Assembly (NCBI GenBank): GCA_028714495.1
Contig: JAQTMH010000005.1
Coordinates: 32,840 to 96,839, forward strand
Direction: 5' to 3'
DNA length: 64,000 nucleotides
Source: Patescibacteria group bacterium
GTDB taxonomy: Bacteria; Patescibacteriota; Patescibacteriia; JAHIZJ01
This document shows positions 49,843-58,962 of this stretch, in pieces. Every line of letters begins with the position of its first letter. Within the stretch, counting starts at the first letter, position 1. The notes beneath the pieces are model-generated. The model ran no database searches. It saw nothing but the letters and a program-made list of their open reading frames with translations, and was not told the DNA's origin. Made by a program: the position numbers and the translations under genes.

Positions 49843-50319
49843 CTACTTCGGCGGATCCTGCCAAGTGGTGGCTTTGCCATCCGCCGGCAGCCTCACCTTG
49901 TACCCACCGTAGCACCAGGGCCATCCAGTCTTTCCGTTGGCGCCCCGGCAGTGCAGATACAGAGTCAGGTTCTTGTCGCAGGAACCGATGGCGTAGGTGA
50001 CCTCGCTTGCCGAATCCGGAACGTTGACAAGCTCGGGATCACCCATCAAACAATTGTCCCCTGACAACGAGACGGTGTAGGGTCCGGTGCCCGGGCCATC
50101 GTCCCACTGAACCTGCGTCGGGAATTGGACATGGGCCGTGAACAGGTACATCCCGCCGCCGATGTAGCTGACCTTGAAGTTGGGGTTGTCGATCACGACC
50201 ACGGTATCCGTGGGCGCGGACGCAGGCGTGACCGCCGACGGCGTGATCTGTGCCATCGCCGGAGCAATGCAGAAAGCCATCACTGCCAGCGTCAGCAACA
50301 GAACCAGGGTCTTTCTCAT
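49843..50319 (-). CDS. Secreted hypothetical protein
   Basis: SD GGGAGG, signal peptide ending AMA, four Cys in the mature part. Confidence 0.75.
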   Translation of the reverse strand: MRKTLVLLLTLAVMAFCIAPAMAQITPSAVTPASAPTDTVVVIDNPNFKVSYIGGGMYLFTAHVQFPTQVQWDDGPGTGPYTVSLSGDNCLMGDPELVNVPDSASEVTYAIGSCDKNLTLYLHCRGANGKTGWPWCYGGYKVRLPADGKATTWQDPPK

Positions 50320-50380
50320 CTTTCCTTCCTCCCTTTCGTTTTTGGTGGTTGGCGATCTGATACAGTTCCGAAACGTGGTT

Positions 50381-51250
50381 CTAGTTCCCGCCGATGATGA
50401 TGCCGTAGCGCCGCTCATCGCCGGGACGGAGGTTGACTACCTGTCCGTCCGACGTGACGCGATATTCGAACACGAACCATCCGCCGCCGAGGTCCCGGAG
50501 GTTCTTCAGCTCCGTGGCAGCGGAGAAGTTCCCGACCGGACCGACGAATACGCCGGAGCGCAACTCGTCACCATTCGTCTTCTGCAAGCGGATCAGCGCC
50601 AATGAGTTCTTGCGAACCCTCATGGTTGTCGTCCAAGTGCTGTCAGCGAATTGCATCGGGTGGGTCGTGTACTGGAAAGTTGTCCACGTTCCCCACCAGT
50701 ACACCGGTCTGTCGGGGTTGGCAGGCCAGTCCAGGTTCGGGTCGTTGAAAGCCGTACCCGTGTACCAGACCTGGGCGCCCATGATGGAGTCCACGACGCC
50801 GGGATTGACCATGACTTGGCCATTCTCGACGTACAGTTGGAACTCACGCAAGATGGACCATTCGGTACCACGAGACGACAGCAACTGCTGGTCGTTGACG
50901 GCAACATCCAGCAGCCGGTTCATCCGATCCTCCCCGTCCATGTACCAGAAGCCGACGGTGAATCTCTCGGTTCCCCAGACCGACCTCGAGTAGGTACCCG
51001 TGACGTGTCCCTCTGAGAATGTCCCGAACAAGTGGAGCGTGTCAGGATTGGCGCTCGAGACGACATCGCCTGTGATGTACACCGGCCATCCGTCTTGTGC
51101 TCCCATCGGAGCCGTCGCGTTGAGCGTCAAGCTGACAGTCTCCTGGTCGGAAAGCCCGGGAGCGGCGAAATCCCAGCTGTCGCGCGAGCACCCGGCGCAA
51201 ATCGCCAGGACACCGATCACCAGCCATAGCCATCCGTGCATACGACTCAT
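50381..51250 (-). CDS. Hypothetical lipoprotein
   Basis: SD AGGAG, lipobox CAGC, beta-rich, aromatic. Confidence 0.75.
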   Translation of the reverse strand: MSRMHGWLWLVIGVLAICAGCSRDSWDFAAPGLSDQETVSLTLNATAPMGAQDGWPVYITGDVVSSANPDTLHLFGTFSEGHVTGTYSRSVWGTERFTVGFWYMDGEDRMNRLLDVAVNDQQLLSSRGTEWSILREFQLYVENGQVMVNPGVVDSIMGAQVWYTGTAFNDPNLDWPANPDRPVYWWGTWTTFQYTTHPMQFADSTWTTTMRVRKNSLALIRLQKTNGDELRSGVFVGPVGNFSAATELKNLRDLGGGWFVFEYRVTSDGQVVNLRPGDERRYGIIIGGN

Positions 51251-51263
51251 CTTCGCTCCTCCT

Positions 51264-53114
51264 CTACCAGCCGTGGTCCAGGCCGATGCCGAACCAATGG
51301 CGGTCTGTGTGTGTGACCTCTCCGTTTGTCAGATTCCGATCGGTTGTGTCATTCATGAACTTGTACAAACCCTTGATTCGCCAGTACCGGTTAAAGCGGT
51401 ACTCGAAGCCCGCGCCAGGCCCGTTCCAGTCGAAACTCCATACCTGGCTGTCATACGACCAGGAGTCGTAAGACGCGTAGAGTACGAGCTTGTCCACTGG
51501 CTTGATGCCGATCCTTCCTTCGAAAACCCGCATCGTATCAGCGGAGAACGACAGGGTCTGGCCGTCGAAGTGACGAGCCTGCTCCTTTCGAAGCGCTCGA
51601 TCATAGGACGCCCGGAAATAGAACTTTCCAGGCTCAACAGTGTAGTTGCCGCCCAAGGAGTAGTCGAGGTTGGTACCACGCTTGTAGGTCATCTCGTAAT
51701 ACCCCAGCTGTGGAGTAATGCCGAGAATCCGACCATACCAGCCGTACCCATCGAAATACTTCGCCTTCTCCTGGGCGTGAATGAGGGTTGGCGTAACGTT
51801 GGTGTACTGTACGTACTCGCGCTGGCTTGATAGATACCAAGCTCCAGGTTCAAACCCTGTCCGCCAGAGACCTTGGAGGTCTCCGAGGATCCAGGCCCGT
51901 CCTCCGAGCCGATATTCACCGCTGACATGGTTCTTGTCCATGACAGCTTGTTCGACCCGGATGACAGTTGACATGTCGCAGAAGGGTCCCCAGCCATCAT
52001 AGCCGGAGATCCTCGGCAGCCACTCAAGGCCGCCGAAAACCGAGTGTTGATACGCATCATCCCTCACGTCCGCGTAGGCCAAACGGTAGTCCAGCCACCA
52101 CACTCCGCCCTGCACGAAATTGTGCGAAGTTTCAGGTGGAGCAGTGATCGGCGTAGCAACTGTCTGCGTAGGCGGAGCTGCGGTGCTGACTGGCGGAGGT
52201 TGCTGAATAGTGACGTCAGTCGAACCTTCATAGGAAAGAGGCACACGAACGAAGGCTCCGTTTTGGCAGTCGACGAACTGATACAGATAGTACCGGTAAT
52301 CGCCGAGGTCAACGGGATCATACTGCAGTGCTACCAGCCGATCAATCGGTTTGTGGTTCTTCGCGTCCTTCCAGTAGCAGACGGTTCTTCCCCAGGACTT
52401 CACGTCCTTTGAGAAACGCCCGCCGAAGATGAGCGCGTCGAGAACCAGCGGTTTGGATTCAGTGGAATACATCCAAACTGAATCCGGTTGGTTACCCCCG
52501 ATAATCGACTCCCACTGCGCGCGGACTTGTTCCGGTACGTTCATGAGCCGAAGTTGATCCTTCAGCTCGATTCCAGCCGGGTCACCGTTGGCGAAGTTCC
52601 ACGTGCGGAGCACATCAGATGGCTGCGCCATGAAAATCTTCGCGTCTGCTTTGGGTTTCCTACCAGTCGCCTGGTTGAAGCGCTTGATGTCCTCTTCGGA
52701 CACCCCAGCCTCTTTGGCGATCTCTTGCCAGCTTTCTCCCTTTTTGACGACTCTGGTAGGCGGCAGCTGAATCGGTTCCGGCTGCTTTTCCGTGCGTCTG
52801 ATATCGAGTTTGGTGTCCTGCACCGGGATCCATTCAGACCCCTTACAATACGCCAGTACCCGATATTCCACCCAGAAAGCGTCTCCACCCACCTGTTCAA
52901 CCGCGAAGTTGCCGTCTTTCGGCACCTGGATCCGTGTGATCCGTGAGTCAACAAGCTGTCCCACCTCAACCATGTTGCCGCCACCGGGCATGGTTACGTT
53001 GGCAAGATTGACAACCTTGCCATAAGGGGGCTGCTCGCACTGCGCGAAGACTGCGGAGCCGGTCGTCAATACGACCAGCGCGACCAAAACCGCCAGAACC
53101 GTATACCAACGCAT
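51264..53114 (-). CDS. Secreted LysM protein with C-terminal beta-barrel-like region
   Basis: SD AGGAGG, signal peptide, LysM VVKKGESWQEIA..FN, Pro/Thr linker, amphipathic aromatic strands ending WFGIGLDHGW. Confidence 0.7.
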   Translation of the reverse strand: MRWYTVLAVLVALVVLTTGSAVFAQCEQPPYGKVVNLANVTMPGGGNMVEVGQLVDSRITRIQVPKDGNFAVEQVGGDAFWVEYRVLAYCKGSEWIPVQDTKLDIRRTEKQPEPIQLPPTRVVKKGESWQEIAKEAGVSEEDIKRFNQATGRKPKADAKIFMAQPSDVLRTWNFANGDPAGIELKDQLRLMNVPEQVRAQWESIIGGNQPDSVWMYSTESKPLVLDALIFGGRFSKDVKSWGRTVCYWKDAKNHKPIDRLVALQYDPVDLGDYRYYLYQFVDCQNGAFVRVPLSYEGSTDVTIQQPPPVSTAAPPTQTVATPITAPPETSHNFVQGGVWWLDYRLAYADVRDDAYQHSVFGGLEWLPRISGYDGWGPFCDMSTVIRVEQAVMDKNHVSGEYRLGGRAWILGDLQGLWRTGFEPGAWYLSSQREYVQYTNVTPTLIHAQEKAKYFDGYGWYGRILGITPQLGYYEMTYKRGTNLDYSLGGNYTVEPGKFYFRASYDRALRKEQARHFDGQTLSFSADTMRVFEGRIGIKPVDKLVLYASYDSWSYDSQVWSFDWNGPGAGFEYRFNRYWRIKGLYKFMNDTTDRNLTNGEVTHTDRHWFGIGLDHGW

Positions 53115-53262
53115 CGGATCCTCCTTTGGGTCTCCCCGTGTATCTTGTGATTCAAAACTACCTATTCAGTTGTCAGTGAGCCATCTATTGAGCCAAAGGC
53201 TCTAAAGTCCTGTGAGTGTTAGCTTCAACTGGACTTATAAAGCCTTCGGCCAGAATATTTAA

Positions 53263-54174
53263 TTATTCAAAATTACGGAATTCCTCTTCAGGTTCATTCC
53301 ACTTTTTTGGAGGTTGTCCTGGTTCTGGAATATCCTTGACATGGTCATAGAGTGTTTTTATCCGTCTATCTTGAAAATGTTCCTCCGGGTGGTTTTTTTC
53401 TCTGTTGACGGCGCCGACTTCTTCTATCTTGTTTTGTTTTGGATAATAACTTTCGAAAACAAATTCATTTTTCTTCTTGATAACCGGCTGCCGTTCGTCA
53501 ATCTCTTTTGTTATCTCGGATTTTTCTTCTTTCAACCCGCCCGTGCTTTTCACTTTTTTCAATTCGGGAGATGCCTTGGTCATTGATCTGAGAATATGAT
53601 AACCGCTCGAACCAACAAATCCAATAATAAATCCCGCAGCCAGATTTAAGGGAATGTTCGGCCGAACCGGATTATTGCTGGTCAATGGGTAGTCAACAAT
53701 CTTGAGGATTATCGAATTACCGCCGCCCAGATATTCCACGCCATTTTCCGACAGCACCATGGCTAAGGCCTTGGCCACGCTGTTTGCTTTATTCTTATCC
53801 TGATTATAAACCGAGATTTTTACCAAGCCGACTTCGGGCATTACCCTTGTTTCAATCTGATGTTTCCATTGCTCACGCTTCTTCGCTTCATCACCGTTGA
53901 GGATAGTGTCTTTTGACAAATAACCTGAGCTGGCCACTTTATCATAAAACGAAGTCGTATAAATAACTCGGGCCAGCGAATTGCTCAGTCTTTCAGCCGA
54001 CTTAGCCGCGGAGTAAGCATCCAAGTTTTGTGATTTTTCGATCACCATTAAAGAGAAAGTTGAGCCATACTCAAATGGCTGAATAAACGTGAAGATTACG
54101 CTAATAGCCAAAGCTAATAGTGTAATTAGACCGATTGATTTCCAATTTTCCTTAATCTTAGCGAAATAATTCAT
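53263..54174 (-). CDS. Wzz/YveK-type polysaccharide chain-length regulator
   Basis: Two TMs, P.Y motif, PVRPNIPLNL. Confidence 0.82.
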   Translation of the reverse strand: MNYFAKIKENWKSIGLITLLALAISVIFTFIQPFEYGSTFSLMVIEKSQNLDAYSAAKSAERLSNSLARVIYTTSFYDKVASSGYLSKDTILNGDEAKKREQWKHQIETRVMPEVGLVKISVYNQDKNKANSVAKALAMVLSENGVEYLGGGNSIILKIVDYPLTSNNPVRPNIPLNLAAGFIIGFVGSSGYHILRSMTKASPELKKVKSTGGLKEEKSEITKEIDERQPVIKKKNEFVFESYYPKQNKIEEVGAVNREKNHPEEHFQDRRIKTLYDHVKDIPEPGQPPKKWNEPEEEFRNFE

Positions 54175-54279
54175 ATTAATTGCTATTCTTTAAATTAATA
54201 ATATACGTTTTATGTGCATTGCCTGTAAAACGAATAAAATTAACATAGATTAACAACCTTGTCAAGGGGATAACAAAAG

Positions 54280-54300
54280 AACAGACTGACCGAGTCTGTT
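54280..54300 (-). terminator. Hairpin after the RuBisCO operon
   Basis: AACAGACT-N5-AGTCTGTT followed by CTTTT on the minus strand. Confidence 0.5.
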
Positions 54301-54332
54301 TAATTTAGATTAAAACGCGATTTTAGACAATA

Positions 54333-54485
54333 TCAGGTAAAAAGCTCAACTATATTATCCATAAGAAGCAAAACAACAAACATGATCAAAATTAATAATC
54401 CTAGGCAGCTTATACCGATAAAAAATAAAATACGACTGATAAATAATTTCTTTTCAATTTCTTGTTCATTTTGTTTATCAATCAT
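54333..54485 (-). CDS. 50-aa single-TM protein (not in ORF track)
   Basis: MIDKQNEQEIEKKLFISRILFFIGISCLGLLILIMFVVLLLMDNIVELFT; ATG 2 nt after the AMP phosphorylase stop. Confidence 0.55.
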   Translation of the reverse strand: MIDKQNEQEIEKKLFISRILFFIGISCLGLLILIMFVVLLLMDNIVELFT

Positions 54486-54487
54486 GT

Positions 54488-55981
54488 TCAGGCGATATCA
54501 AAAATTTTTATTTTGCTGATGGCCGCTTCAGCCAATCTCATCCTTTCGCGGCTCTGGGCGTAAAGGGTATAGGTGGGATCGCCCTCTTTAACAATGCCTC
54601 CGATCCTTTGATGAAGATGCAGACCGGCTAATTTTTCTTCGGGCGCTCCCAGAAGTCGGGCGATCTCATCGATGGCCATATCGTTGACTTTAACGATTCT
54701 GCCATCCTTTTGAGCAAAGCACCGATGTTTGATCGCTCCCATAGTCAGATCATCCGCCTTAATCCTCGGGTTGCCGCCCTGCAACTTGATAATGCTTTGC
54801 ATCTTTTTCCAGGCCTGGCCTGAATCAAGAATTGCCTGGGCGCGAGAGCGACCCTGGCCACGTTTTACTTTGCCGCAGAGTTCAAGAAGTTCGCCGGCTA
54901 AGAGTACCGATTTTTTTTCGAGATCCCGCGGTCTTAGGGGGTGGCGTTGGAGAACTCTCAAAACATCCCTGGCTTCGAGCGCCGGTCCGACTCCCCGGCC
55001 GATCGGTTCAAGCGCTTCCGACATTCTAACCTTTAGCTTCATGCCAAACCTTCTTCCAAGATATAAAAATTTTCGTTCAATCTCCCAAGCCAGTTTTATA
55101 TTCGGTATCTTGGTATTCGGACCAACCGGCATATCGATCACGAGGTATTTAATACCCATGGCAACCTTCTTGGCCATAATACTGACAATCATCTTGTTGT
55201 ACGGCTCAATGCCCAATGGGTGCGAGGCTCGAATAATTCGGTCATCCGCCGGCGCAATATTTAATTCGCCGCCCCAAAGCAAACAACAGTTATTCTTTTT
55301 CACGAATTTTTTAATATTTTCCACGGAATGCTCAACCGGCGCCAGCACTTCCATCGTATCCGCTGTACCAGCCGGCGAGGTTACGGCTCTCGAAGAAGTT
55401 TTTGGAATAATTAAGCCAGTCGCCGCCACAATCGGCACCAGTACCATTGAAGTCCGGTTGCCGGCCAAACCGCCGACCGAATGCTTGTCCACGACCTTGC
55501 CGGGAAAATAAATAGTATTTCCGGTTTCAGCCATAGCCTTGGTCAAAAAATAAAGTTCTTCGTCAGAATAATGCCGGGCAAAACTACTGGCCACGAAATA
55601 GCTAATTTCACTCCGACCCAGTCGGCGATCAACAATGTCTTTGATGATTGAATAAATTTCTTTATATGACAATTCATGGCCGAGTAATTTCTTGATTATC
55701 GCTTTAATCGAGGCCGGCCTAGACAAAACCTTGACCTGGACTATTTGCCCCTTTTTCAAAGGATAGTCTTCCCAAATTTCCCGAAACAGACCAATTTCAC
55801 CGGGTTTGACCCTAGAGCTAGTGAAATCAGCCTCGGCAATCAGTTTATGTTTGCCCCATCTAATTTCCAGATCGTCATTAGGCTGAATCCCCAAATTTTT
55901 CGCTTCTTTATCCCGCAAAACAGCCACGTAAGCTCCCTCAGCAACAAAATCCAATTGTTTGCTTTTTAAGAAAAATGGCAT
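54488..55981 (-). CDS. AMP phosphorylase (thymidine phosphorylase family)
   Basis: N-terminal extension, DKHSVGGLAGNRT, KTSSRAVTSPAGTAD, GVGPALE. Confidence 0.93.
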   Translation of the reverse strand: MPFFLKSKQLDFVAEGAYVAVLRDKEAKNLGIQPNDDLEIRWGKHKLIAEADFTSSRVKPGEIGLFREIWEDYPLKKGQIVQVKVLSRPASIKAIIKKLLGHELSYKEIYSIIKDIVDRRLGRSEISYFVASSFARHYSDEELYFLTKAMAETGNTIYFPGKVVDKHSVGGLAGNRTSMVLVPIVAATGLIIPKTSSRAVTSPAGTADTMEVLAPVEHSVENIKKFVKKNNCCLLWGGELNIAPADDRIIRASHPLGIEPYNKMIVSIMAKKVAMGIKYLVIDMPVGPNTKIPNIKLAWEIERKFLYLGRRFGMKLKVRMSEALEPIGRGVGPALEARDVLRVLQRHPLRPRDLEKKSVLLAGELLELCGKVKRGQGRSRAQAILDSGQAWKKMQSIIKLQGGNPRIKADDLTMGAIKHRCFAQKDGRIVKVNDMAIDEIARLLGAPEEKLAGLHLHQRIGGIVKEGDPTYTLYAQSRERMRLAEAAISKIKIFDIA

Positions 55982-55985
55982 TTTA

Positions 55986-57227
55986 TTATTTCCAGTGTTT
56001 TAGAGCTGCCTTTAGGACCGGGCTATCCTCAGCCTGTTTGTTGATCGGCGTGCCTTTGACCGCTGCTAGGACCGCTTCTTTTACTGCCTGGGCTCCGGCT
56101 AGAGTTCCGTTCGGATGGCCGTGTATTCCACCGCCAAAGTTTACTATCACATCCGGTCCGGTAATTTTATAAAGCCGTGCGATTAATCCCGGGTGAAGTC
56201 CGCCTGAAGCGATCGGCATTACTTTTTTAATCCGGCCCCAGGGCTTTTTTAAAAACGAATTGATTGCCACGGTCTCTTCGACTGAACCTGCCATTTTCCC
56301 GACCACGGTGCCAGTATGAAGCTGGTCAATGCCCGCCAGCCGCGCCAGCTTCGCGATAACCAGCATTGAAATTCCGCGCTCCGGATCGCGGGTAATCGCT
56401 GAATGCATTGCCCGGTGGCCATGGAGAATCAAACCGAGCTTGGCTTGGCGCAAAGCCTGCAAGCCAGAAAAGCCGATCGTCATGATATCAACCATGGCGC
56501 AATTGCCACCCTGGCTCTTGATATACTTTGCCCGGCGGATCATTTCGTCAGCCGGCGCCGTGATATTAAACGCGCAGATTTTCATTTCGCCGGTTTCTCG
56601 CTCAGCCCGGCGAGCCAGCCTTAGGGTTTCTCTGACTCTGTTTGTAAATGGATTGAACTTCAAGTCAGTTAAATTTTCATCGTCTTTGACCAAGTCGGCT
56701 CCGCCTTTGAAGCAGAGGTAGGCAAATCGAGCGTGCGCTCTCCAGCTCAAACCGATTTTCGGCTTCATAATCGCTCCGATTAAAGGCCGGCCCGGTATTT
56801 TTATTTTTCGGCGTACGCCCGCTATACCAAAGGCTGGTCCGGCAAAGGAATTGATATAAACAAGGGGCAGATCCAAATCTACCAGCCGCAATTTTGAAAC
56901 CACCTTCATGCTGAAAATATTTCCAGACACGCTCGACAAAAGCTGAGGTATGTTTCCTGGTTCAAAGAGCTCAATGGGATAAGCGATTCTAGCTAAATTT
57001 TTTTTAGTATTCAGGCCAATAACCTTAGCCGAAAGTCTTTTAAAAACCGACTCGCTCAACGTTCCAACTTCGGTCCAGGTGCCAATTGATGACTCGCCAG
57101 CCACAATCTGGGCGATTTCCTTTAAAGGCAACTTCGATTCAATTCGAAAAGTTGCCACCAGGTGGCTCTTTAAGTCAAGCCGCCGATTCAGCGCTAAATA
57201 ATTTGATTTGGGGCGGGCATTTTTCAT
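55986..57227 (-). CDS. rbcL: RuBisCO large subunit, form III-type
   Basis: ESSIGTW, SGN, KPK, KDDENL, HRAMH, LHTGTVVGKM, ASGG, FGGG: catalytic residues intact. Confidence 0.93.
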   Translation of the reverse strand: MKNARPKSNYLALNRRLDLKSHLVATFRIESKLPLKEIAQIVAGESSIGTWTEVGTLSESVFKRLSAKVIGLNTKKNLARIAYPIELFEPGNIPQLLSSVSGNIFSMKVVSKLRLVDLDLPLVYINSFAGPAFGIAGVRRKIKIPGRPLIGAIMKPKIGLSWRAHARFAYLCFKGGADLVKDDENLTDLKFNPFTNRVRETLRLARRAERETGEMKICAFNITAPADEMIRRAKYIKSQGGNCAMVDIMTIGFSGLQALRQAKLGLILHGHRAMHSAITRDPERGISMLVIAKLARLAGIDQLHTGTVVGKMAGSVEETVAINSFLKKPWGRIKKVMPIASGGLHPGLIARLYKITGPDVIVNFGGGIHGHPNGTLAGAQAVKEAVLAAVKGTPINKQAEDSPVLKAALKHWK

Positions 57228-58138
57228 TGTAAAATCCACGGGTAGTACTTTTTTGCGTATTGTCTCACTTGCCTTGGCTCGATCAAACCAAATTCAGTCA
57301 CTAAATAAGTTATTTGATTGGCCGGTACTTTATCAAAGGCGAAATTCAGAATTTCCAGGCCAGCTGGCGCGCCAGCCCAAACCTCCTTAGCCGGCCGTTT
57401 CTCTATTTTCACCGGTATCTGGCCGACGCATTTCAATAGGCTGGCCACGATGTAAACTGGCACATGATTGACGCTGGCCGAGAGGGTTAAGCCAAAGCTG
57501 CCTATTTTATTTAACACTGAACCGTCGGGCATAATCGCGTCTGCCCCGATGACAACCGAATTCATCATTAAATCGCGTCCTGACGCGGGACTGATCAAAA
57601 ATGGTCCAGCGCTATCGACAATCATAGTGACTGGAATTCCCTTGGTCCGAAGCGCCTTGGCGGTAATTCGTCCCTGAAAAAGTGGCCGGGTTTCAGAAGT
57701 GTACACGTGGAATTTCTTTTTTCTGTGCGTCTCAATCAGAAGCTGTTCAGTTGTCGAAGAATGGCAATGGGTAAAAATCCTATCCCCGCTTTTAATGATT
57801 GCCCGCCCCAAAAGGCTGATTCGACTCTGAGTTTGCGCCAGCAGTTTAATGAATTCCTGGGCGCTTTTTTTCAGAATAAAAACCGAGGGCTGCTGGTTGA
57901 TCCTCTTCCAGACAAATAATAGTCCGTTTCTAGTCAGAGGTTCGGTCGGACGACTGTGCTGAAGGAGATAAGCCATCGCTACCTTCATTTCGTGTTTCCA
58001 GTTTTGCGATTTTTTTATCTTTAGGTTCGAACCAAACCGTACATAGGCTTCAAGCGTAGCTCGGGCGACAGCGGTGGCGCCTTGAATTTTTATGCTCTGG
58101 ATGTCCCGGATAACGCCGTTAAAAGAGTTGTAATGCAT
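57224..58138 (-). CDS. Ribose-1,5-bisphosphate isomerase (eIF2B-like)
   Basis: IQGA, RPTEP, THCHS, ETRP..QG, GAD, NKIG; ATGA overlap with rbcL. Confidence 0.9.
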   Translation of the reverse strand: MHYNSFNGVIRDIQSIKIQGATAVARATLEAYVRFGSNLKIKKSQNWKHEMKVAMAYLLQHSRPTEPLTRNGLLFVWKRINQQPSVFILKKSAQEFIKLLAQTQSRISLLGRAIIKSGDRIFTHCHSSTTEQLLIETHRKKKFHVYTSETRPLFQGRITAKALRTKGIPVTMIVDSAGPFLISPASGRDLMMNSVVIGADAIMPDGSVLNKIGSFGLTLSASVNHVPVYIVASLLKCVGQIPVKIEKRPAKEVWAGAPAGLEILNFAFDKVPANQITYLVTEFGLIEPRQVRQYAKKYYPWILQ

Positions 58139-58209
58139 AATTTTAAAATTATTCAATTAAAAAAACTCACCAAACGCCTGAAGGTTACCGCCTTTTAAGT
58201 ATAACCGGT

Positions 58210-58578
58210 CTATTTTGGTAAATACCTCTTAATTTTATTGACCAAATCCGCCAGCTTGACATTGGCTTTGACATAGTAGTCTTTGGCGCCTAAATCTTTA
58301 GCCTTTTTTATCTCGGTTTTCTCGCCAAAATTTGAGAGAACAATAATGGGCAGATTCTTCCAAGTCTTGTCTTTTTTGATCTCATCGAGAACCGCGTAGC
58401 CGTTTTTCTTGGGCATCAATAGATCTAATAATACAACCTCCGGTTTAAAAGACCTTATTTTTTCCAGCCCCATTTCACCGTCCATTGCCGTCTCGACCTC
58501 ATAGCCGCTTTTCCTAAGCTTGTCGCTTAAGGCCTGTGAAAGGAATGCTTCATCTTCGACAACAAGTACTTTTGCCAT
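58210..58578 (-). CDS. Stand-alone response regulator receiver
   Basis: VVEDE, LLDLLMP, SN, K. Confidence 0.93.
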   Translation of the reverse strand: MAKVLVVEDEAFLSQALSDKLRKSGYEVETAMDGEMGLEKIRSFKPEVVLLDLLMPKKNGYAVLDEIKKDKTWKNLPIIVLSNFGEKTEIKKAKDLGAKDYYVKANVKLADLVNKIKRYLPK

Positions 58579-58580
58579 GG

Positions 58581-58958
58581 CTACTTCTTGGTATATTCGT
58601 GGATCTTGGTTTTTATCTCTTCTAGATTGGTCTTAGTTTTGACCAAATATTCCGCCACTCCGAAATCCCTTGCCTTTTTGATATACGAGGAATCGTCTAA
58701 ATTGCTCAGGATTAACACTGGTATTTCTTTGGTCGTGGGATCGGCCTTCAACTTTTCTAAGACCTCAAATCCGCTCATCTTCGGCATGATTAAATCAAGT
58801 AGAATAATGTTCGGCTTCTTGGTTTTAGCGAATTCTACGCCGTCATTACCGTTTCTGGCCAATTCAATAATAAAATCGTTTTTTTCCAGCTTGGTTTTTA
58901 GCGCTTTGCTAATTATATCCTCGTCCTCAACAACGAGTACGGTTATTTTGTTGTTCAT
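58581..58958 (-). CDS. Stand-alone response regulator receiver
   Basis: VVEDE, LLDLIMP, SN, K. Confidence 0.93.
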   Translation of the reverse strand: MNNKITVLVVEDEDIISKALKTKLEKNDFIIELARNGNDGVEFAKTKKPNIILLDLIMPKMSGFEVLEKLKADPTTKEIPVLILSNLDDSSYIKKARDFGVAEYLVKTKTNLEEIKTKIHEYTKK

Positions 58959-58962
58959 ATTA

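Noticed and set aside
50433-53025. Long plus-strand ORFs over the GC-rich island (also over clpB and AMP phosphorylase)
   Set aside because: Antisense shadows of genes that have signal peptides, SDs or known motifs
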